Assembly (NCBI GenBank): GCA_040285745.1
Contig: JAUFOR010000001.1
Coordinates: 682,001-746,000, forward strand
DNA: 64,000 bases
Reading direction: 5' to 3'
From: Barthelona sp. PCE
Lineage: Eukaryota
A program made the translations under genes and the position numbers. Below are positions 60,501-64,000 of the stretch, one piece after another. Below the pieces are notes generated by a model, which saw nothing but the letters and a program-made list of their open reading frames with translations, did no database searches and was not told where the DNA came from. Position 1 is the first letter of the stretch; every line of letters begins with the position of its first letter.

Positions 60501-63500
60501 CAAAAGAATGAGAAACTTCCTTTGTAACACCGTCAAGATAAATAAATATCTTTGAGGTGGTCATGTTGAGTGTGACAGCAAGGTCGTGCATCTCACCATC
60601 CATGGGAACCTTTAAACGGGTCATAATACCACGAGTATCCCAGAAGATCTCAATGGCACCAGACCAACGAACAATGGAAACACCAAACACAACGTTACAG
60701 CCACCTTGGTTGGAGTAAATTCCACCAAGGGAGTAGCGACCGTGACGTTGGATACCAGAACTAAGAGCAAATGAAGCACCCAAAGTGATACCATCTGTTA
60801 CGGTCTCATTAATGGGGAAGTCAGTTGAGATGTACTTGTCTCTGCTGGATTTGGGGAAGTGAAGTGCGGTTGTGAGAATTGAGTCAGCACGAACACACTT
60901 GCTTCCATCAGAAGAGGGGGAGCCTTCACAGAATCTACATATGTTATCACCTTCAGGAGAGAATTCATCTTCAAGACATGGAATAGAAGGCTCAACACCA
61001 CCAGTACAGCGTTCGCCGGCAGGGCAGAGTTTGCATCCATTGTAGAATGTGCTGTAGTGTGATGAGCTGTAACACTTACGATAACAACGACCAGTAGACT
61101 CGACCTCCCATCTCTGACAGGTGTCTGTGCAGCCAGTGTGACCATACTTAAGGTTCTTATCCATAGGACAGGTTGAACAGTTAGCAGCACCGCTCAATGA
61201 GTAAAGGCGGGAGTTCTGAACAGCACATGATGTCATGACACCATCCTTACAAGCTTTTCCAGCGGGGCAAGGATAACAGCGATCCTCATATGTTGAATAT
61301 GAGGTCTGGTACTGATAAGAACCGCCGGGGCAGGTATCGTAACACTCACCGTTATAGAAAACGCGACCGTCAGCCTTACAAGTTGAAACACAACCTGTTC
61401 GATCCTTCTTCATGAACTGGTTTCCGCAAGACTTGCAATCTGATGAGTGGATGCTCATGGGATTGCTGTAAAGATCAGCGGCACACTCGGTCTTTTCCTC
61501 CAAACGGCAGTAAAAACCAGCTGGGCACTCCTTCTCTTGGCCGTCCCAGTAATATCCGTCACGAGAACGAGAGTTACGACATTCCTTTGCAGATTCTTCA
61601 GGAATCGTAGAAGAGGGGCATGTGGCAACACAAGAATTGGTTGCGAGGACAACAAAGTTGTCACATGTATCCAAACAGGTTCCGTTGGGGTGGGCGTAGA
61701 GACCTCCAGGGCATGAGCTTACACAACCACTCTTATCGGGGAGCATGAGTTCATTGTCGCCACAGACGTCACACACGGAAGCTCCATAATCGGCAACCTC
61801 TTCTGATCCACACTCAACACACTCAGTGGAACCATGTGTGGCAGTAGCGGAGTGAATAGCACAAGGTGTACAGTCGGTGGAAGCTTCAGAATCGGAGTAA
61901 TGACCAGGTAGACAAAGGGAGCATTCGCTGCTACCAGCAGCGGAAAATGAACCAGCGGGGCATGCTAACTGACCGATTGAACCATAATCTTCAGCGTAGT
62001 AACCAGCATCAGCGATAGAGCAGTTAGGGGCACCCCATGATGAAGAGTATGTACCAGGATCACACATATGACACACACGTTCAAGGTCGTAAAACTCACC
62101 TTGATTACAACTGTAAGAACAATACGTTAAACCGGACTTGCCGAACGTTCTTGTCTTATCACAGTTGTGAGGTAATGTCATGTTATCTGAAGGACAGTAT
62201 TTCCATATAGGACATTCTTCAATGGTACCAGTGGTAACGTTGAAATATTCACCAGGTTTAGCTGTTCTGCACTTATGCATTTCAGCATCGTAGTTCTCAA
62301 AAGGTCCACAAACATCGCATTGCAATGATCCTGGAGCTGAAATACCAACTTCACAAGGAAGACAGGTTCCGTTGGTGTGGGGGTATTGGTTTTCGGCACA
62401 GTAGGGGCCATAACCGTAAGAAATATTAGCGTAAGTCTGACTATACATTGTGAAATTCAAGATAGTAAAGTCAACATTCCAAACACCACTGGAGCGAACA
62501 AAAAAGTCATCAACATCCATATCTACAATAACTCTACGAATGGTAAAGTCGTTGTAGTTGGGTTCAATGTGAAGAACGGCACCGTACATCTTAAGGAGAC
62601 AGAAATCGTTCTTAATACACGCAATCTTTGGATTCTGCTTCTCAACTGTCTTGCGGAAGTTGATATCCTTAACAGTGAAATCAGACATTGTGTTATATGG
62701 ATCATCTCTAAAGTAACTCACCCAGACCTTGGAGTGTCCAGGACAGGTAATGAAGAGACGAACGTCAGTGTTGTCATCCATGTACTGAGTGTCCATGGAA
62801 CAGCCATCAACTGGGAGAGTGAAGAGATCTTCTTGATAAGTTGCGTTTAAAAGTTTGCGCATGATAACTTCCTTACCTTTGATTACAACGAAACGGTGAG
62901 CCGCATCGATTTCAGCAGCACCAGTAATAGTGCTGATGTCACCAAGATGGTGGTAGTAACTGTAATATGTAAGATCAGTGACGTGGCTAACATAAGCTTT
63001 TAGATCGTCCAAGTACCAAACTTTTCTACCAGCACCCTTATAACAATAAGACATAGTTTCAGTGAGAATAGCTCCATTGTTGAGAGCAGGACGGTAGCGT
63101 TGAGATACGTTCAATCCACCAAAAACAGAGACAATAGCAATACCTTCGAGTTGGGTAATACGGTATTCAGTAATTGGAACATGTGGGACGTTAAAAATTG
63201 ATGAAAGAGTTTCGTCCATAGTTCTAATCTGAGGAGGACTACGGACACCGGAGAATGGAGTTGGATTATCGCGGATAATACCAACTACTTTACCAGCAAT
63301 ATCGTATTCGTAAGCCTCCATCTTGTACTGGGTATATGAGTTGTAGCTCTTTGACAACAATGATGTCTTGTCAGAGGGAATGCTTGAAACGATACCAGAA
63401 CCACATGCACCAGAAATGAGTTTATAACATTCATTTTCAATTTTGAAATGCTTTTGTTCCCAGTTAAGACCATCGGAAACAGCGAGGATATCGATTTGAG

Positions 63501-64000
63501 ATTCACCTTCGCCGCTAGTGGCATCCTTGTCAAAATAATAAATACCTTCAACGAGATCTAAACCGACAACGGAATAGTTACCGGTAAACACAGTAAGTGT
63601 TTGTTTAGTAATGGGACTATTACTTAAGATTTCAATACTCTTAAGCATGATCTCATTATTGTTTTCAACTAAGAAGAAAACAGCACTTCTATCAACAATC
63701 TTCCAAGCCTTGACACCTTGTTGAACAAGATAAGTGGCTGTCATACCAGCAGAGTTGGTGACAACCTTCTGTACGCGATCAAGATTATCAAGAATATAGA
63801 TGAGTGTTCTGTTTCCGTCAACGCTCTCAAAATGGAAAGTTTCACGAACAAAATACTCAGCAACCCACGTATGCGTTGCCAAAGAAGATAAATGTAGTGA
63901 AACTCGATGTGTTCCATTGTAGACTGCAACCATACCAAAGGGTGAAACAATAAGTTTATCAGTAGAGTTAGGAGTAATGCCAGGCATGGAAACCTCCTTT
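57580..64000 (-). CDS. Giant type I membrane protein (5' partial): Cys-rich GCC2/GCC3-like repeats, LamG-like domain, AMOP, VWD, C8-like domain, TM, short tail
   Basis: Frame open to the window edge; CPAGSFS/CPAGFYC repeats; IFIYLDG (LamG-like); CRAW..CPKT..CVRP..QCCY..DCCVFS..C..Y..RRP (AMOP); GWNDPR (VWD start); C-terminal TM. Confidence 0.85.
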   Translation of the reverse strand, partial: KEVSMPGITPNSTDKLIVSPFGMVAVYNGTHRVSLHLSSLATHTWVAEYFVRETFHFESVDGNRTLIYILDNLDRVQKVVTNSAGMTATYLVQQGVKAWKIVDRSAVFFLVENNNEIMLKSIEILSNSPITKQTLTVFTGNYSVVGLDLVEGIYYFDKDATSGEGESQIDILAVSDGLNWEQKHFKIENECYKLISGACGSGIVSSIPSDKTSLLSKSYNSYTQYKMEAYEYDIAGKVVGIIRDNPTPFSGVRSPPQIRTMDETLSSIFNVPHVPITEYRITQLEGIAIVSVFGGLNVSQRYRPALNNGAILTETMSYCYKGAGRKVWYLDDLKAYVSHVTDLTYYSYYHHLGDISTITGAAEIDAAHRFVVIKGKEVIMRKLLNATYQEDLFTLPVDGCSMDTQYMDDNTDVRLFITCPGHSKVWVSYFRDDPYNTMSDFTVKDINFRKTVEKQNPKIACIKNDFCLLKMYGAVLHIEPNYNDFTIRRVIVDMDVDDFFVRSSGVWNVDFTILNFTMYSQTYANISYGYGPYCAENQYPHTNGTCLPCEVGISAPGSLQCDVCGPFENYDAEMHKCRTAKPGEYFNVTTGTIEECPIWKYCPSDNMTLPHNCDKTRTFGKSGLTYCSYSCNQGEFYDLERVCHMCDPGTYSSSWGAPNCSIADAGYYAEDYGSIGQLACPAGSFSAAGSSECSLCLPGHYSDSEASTDCTPCAIHSATATHGSTECVECGSEEVADYGASVCDVCGDNELMLPDKSGCVSSCPGGLYAHPNGTCLDTCDNFVVLATNSCVATCPSSTIPEESAKECRNSRSRDGYYWDGQEKECPAGFYCRLEEKTECAADLYSNPMSIHSSDCKSCGNQFMKKDRTGCVSTCKADGRVFYNGECYDTCPGGSYQYQTSYSTYEDRCYPCPAGKACKDGVMTSCAVQNSRLYSLSGAANCSTCPMDKNLKYGHTGCTDTCQRWEVESTGRCYRKCYSSSHYSTFYNGCKLCPAGERCTGGVEPSIPCLEDEFSPEGDNICRFCEGSPSSDGSKCVRADSILTTALHFPKSSRDKYISTDFPINETVTDGITLGASFALSSGIQRHGRYSLGGIYSNQGGCNVVFGVSIVRWSGAIEIFWDTRGIMTRLKVPMDGEMHDLAVTLNMTTSKIFIYLDGVTKEVSHSFDISPIAARNDTRLIVGHWFLNAAWRRNKQCYVYPDFGLEGSLTAHFLSFSYLTPTQLDAIFLKTGNDVVLDYKLLLTAGGARDDINGMGLTLPSGFQVVNQPIALSQLFLQPSVSSGGVVQVLSRPDLAFMLYSGLDIDLVFTHKQSKVSYEIPVFLKDYKVYVDIPQSLPKGKYRIALITDAQAVRMETLFEKVDFDEYPELDHRFIIEFDENGEIEDVDNDMFDLIADIKEVYDQVAMNITLTLPEDLSTVDINAIIDETELQTDLCLEEEVPFNLFFSFNSSKELVGSICYTAKHKRIPKEIARDIVDVVKQISTHITSLQPGASTTALKHYCVFGIEFPAGEADISCFTRIESTNYRQRCRAWLDTEPLEEADDWADELVCPKTMNCIQREEFVRVAGQNMGVNTEFCVRPVTNPGNKTFQCCYNREKGNLLNTRASKASTRIRSMTYKHAEETLDHFFDCCVFSNKKSLCADYLKRRPNPKKSSKCVVANCNPDVEVCDAVTSVNGWNDPRIALLGERDKSVVAINSVGDFRLIKNSAFEIHSRHTKYGDGSIFSGFAISAIGVNQSLFEVYPYTETVVESEEYSYPEVLYDDGDIVLTSENITDPDYSYIKDSIYEEGELDEGAQGINEKKATVSACHHLTVIKDGAKINPCIEGVSAEDIAVYATTEGTQGSVCFRFGGSTFCVQNPSTNNNEDAPLAYNLLLEHRLTTESTGLVNPPLDLTTERQLWSWSFSHNVTVTDGNSLFTSTHAINMTEPVFADEVTFEPAAVTAAESACSNLDGIFKDACIDDVLLTGDVSFVESSVVAEAVEAETAIFIESTITSTECEMGEKKISDDSCVECSPGYFGDGSNCHICDTYAISTGYGSVSCQKCPDGYFANSLHTACETCSLPRIAFMGSCSLLPAVVAIIIVFSIFVVAVTRCSRKKDPQLNKMMINVQPSQINLGLAPMDYELSAISQPSHNFVEY

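Noticed and set aside
1-64000. Alternative genetic code (TAA/TAG reassigned as in hexamitid diplomonads)
   Set aside because: Conserved genes are uninterrupted in the standard code and end at TAA, TAG or TGA at the expected positions

Overview
AT-rich, extremely gene-dense, almost intron-free eukaryotic DNA read in the standard code, from a flagellated protist. It encodes dynein-2 LIC, kinesin-2, WDR11 and an ODA-docking-like coiled-coil protein. Intron architecture suggests a metamonad-like lineage (inference). About 32 CDS. Recognisable genes: partial TBC RabGAP, Gos1-like SNARE, RRM protein, CobD/HisC-like PLP enzyme, DYNC2LI1, RPC1, eIF2B-epsilon, UGDH, KIF3B-like kinesin-2, divergent alpha-tubulin, CHD1-like remodeller, minimal tRNA-splicing endonuclease, WDR11, GNA1, and a large Cys-rich AMOP-VWD surface protein running off the window end. 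Best leads: (1) a loose glycan synthesis/O-acetylation neighbourhood (membrane-anchored bacterial-type GT4, secreted SGNH/PC-esterase, UGDH, and a Cas1p/RWA acetyltransferase whose fused SGNH domain looks inactive); (2) two spliceosomal introns missed by the ORF track, with a fixed branch-point-to-3'SS spacing and folded interiors, one apparently starting with TT instead of GT; (3) a stand-alone kinesin pseudo-motor lacking all nucleotide motifs just upstream of kinesin-2; (4) an oversized hAT transposase without visible TIRs; (5) a candidate C/D snoRNA and an unclassified multi-hairpin GC-rich island. All calls come from manual motif recognition; no database search was run.
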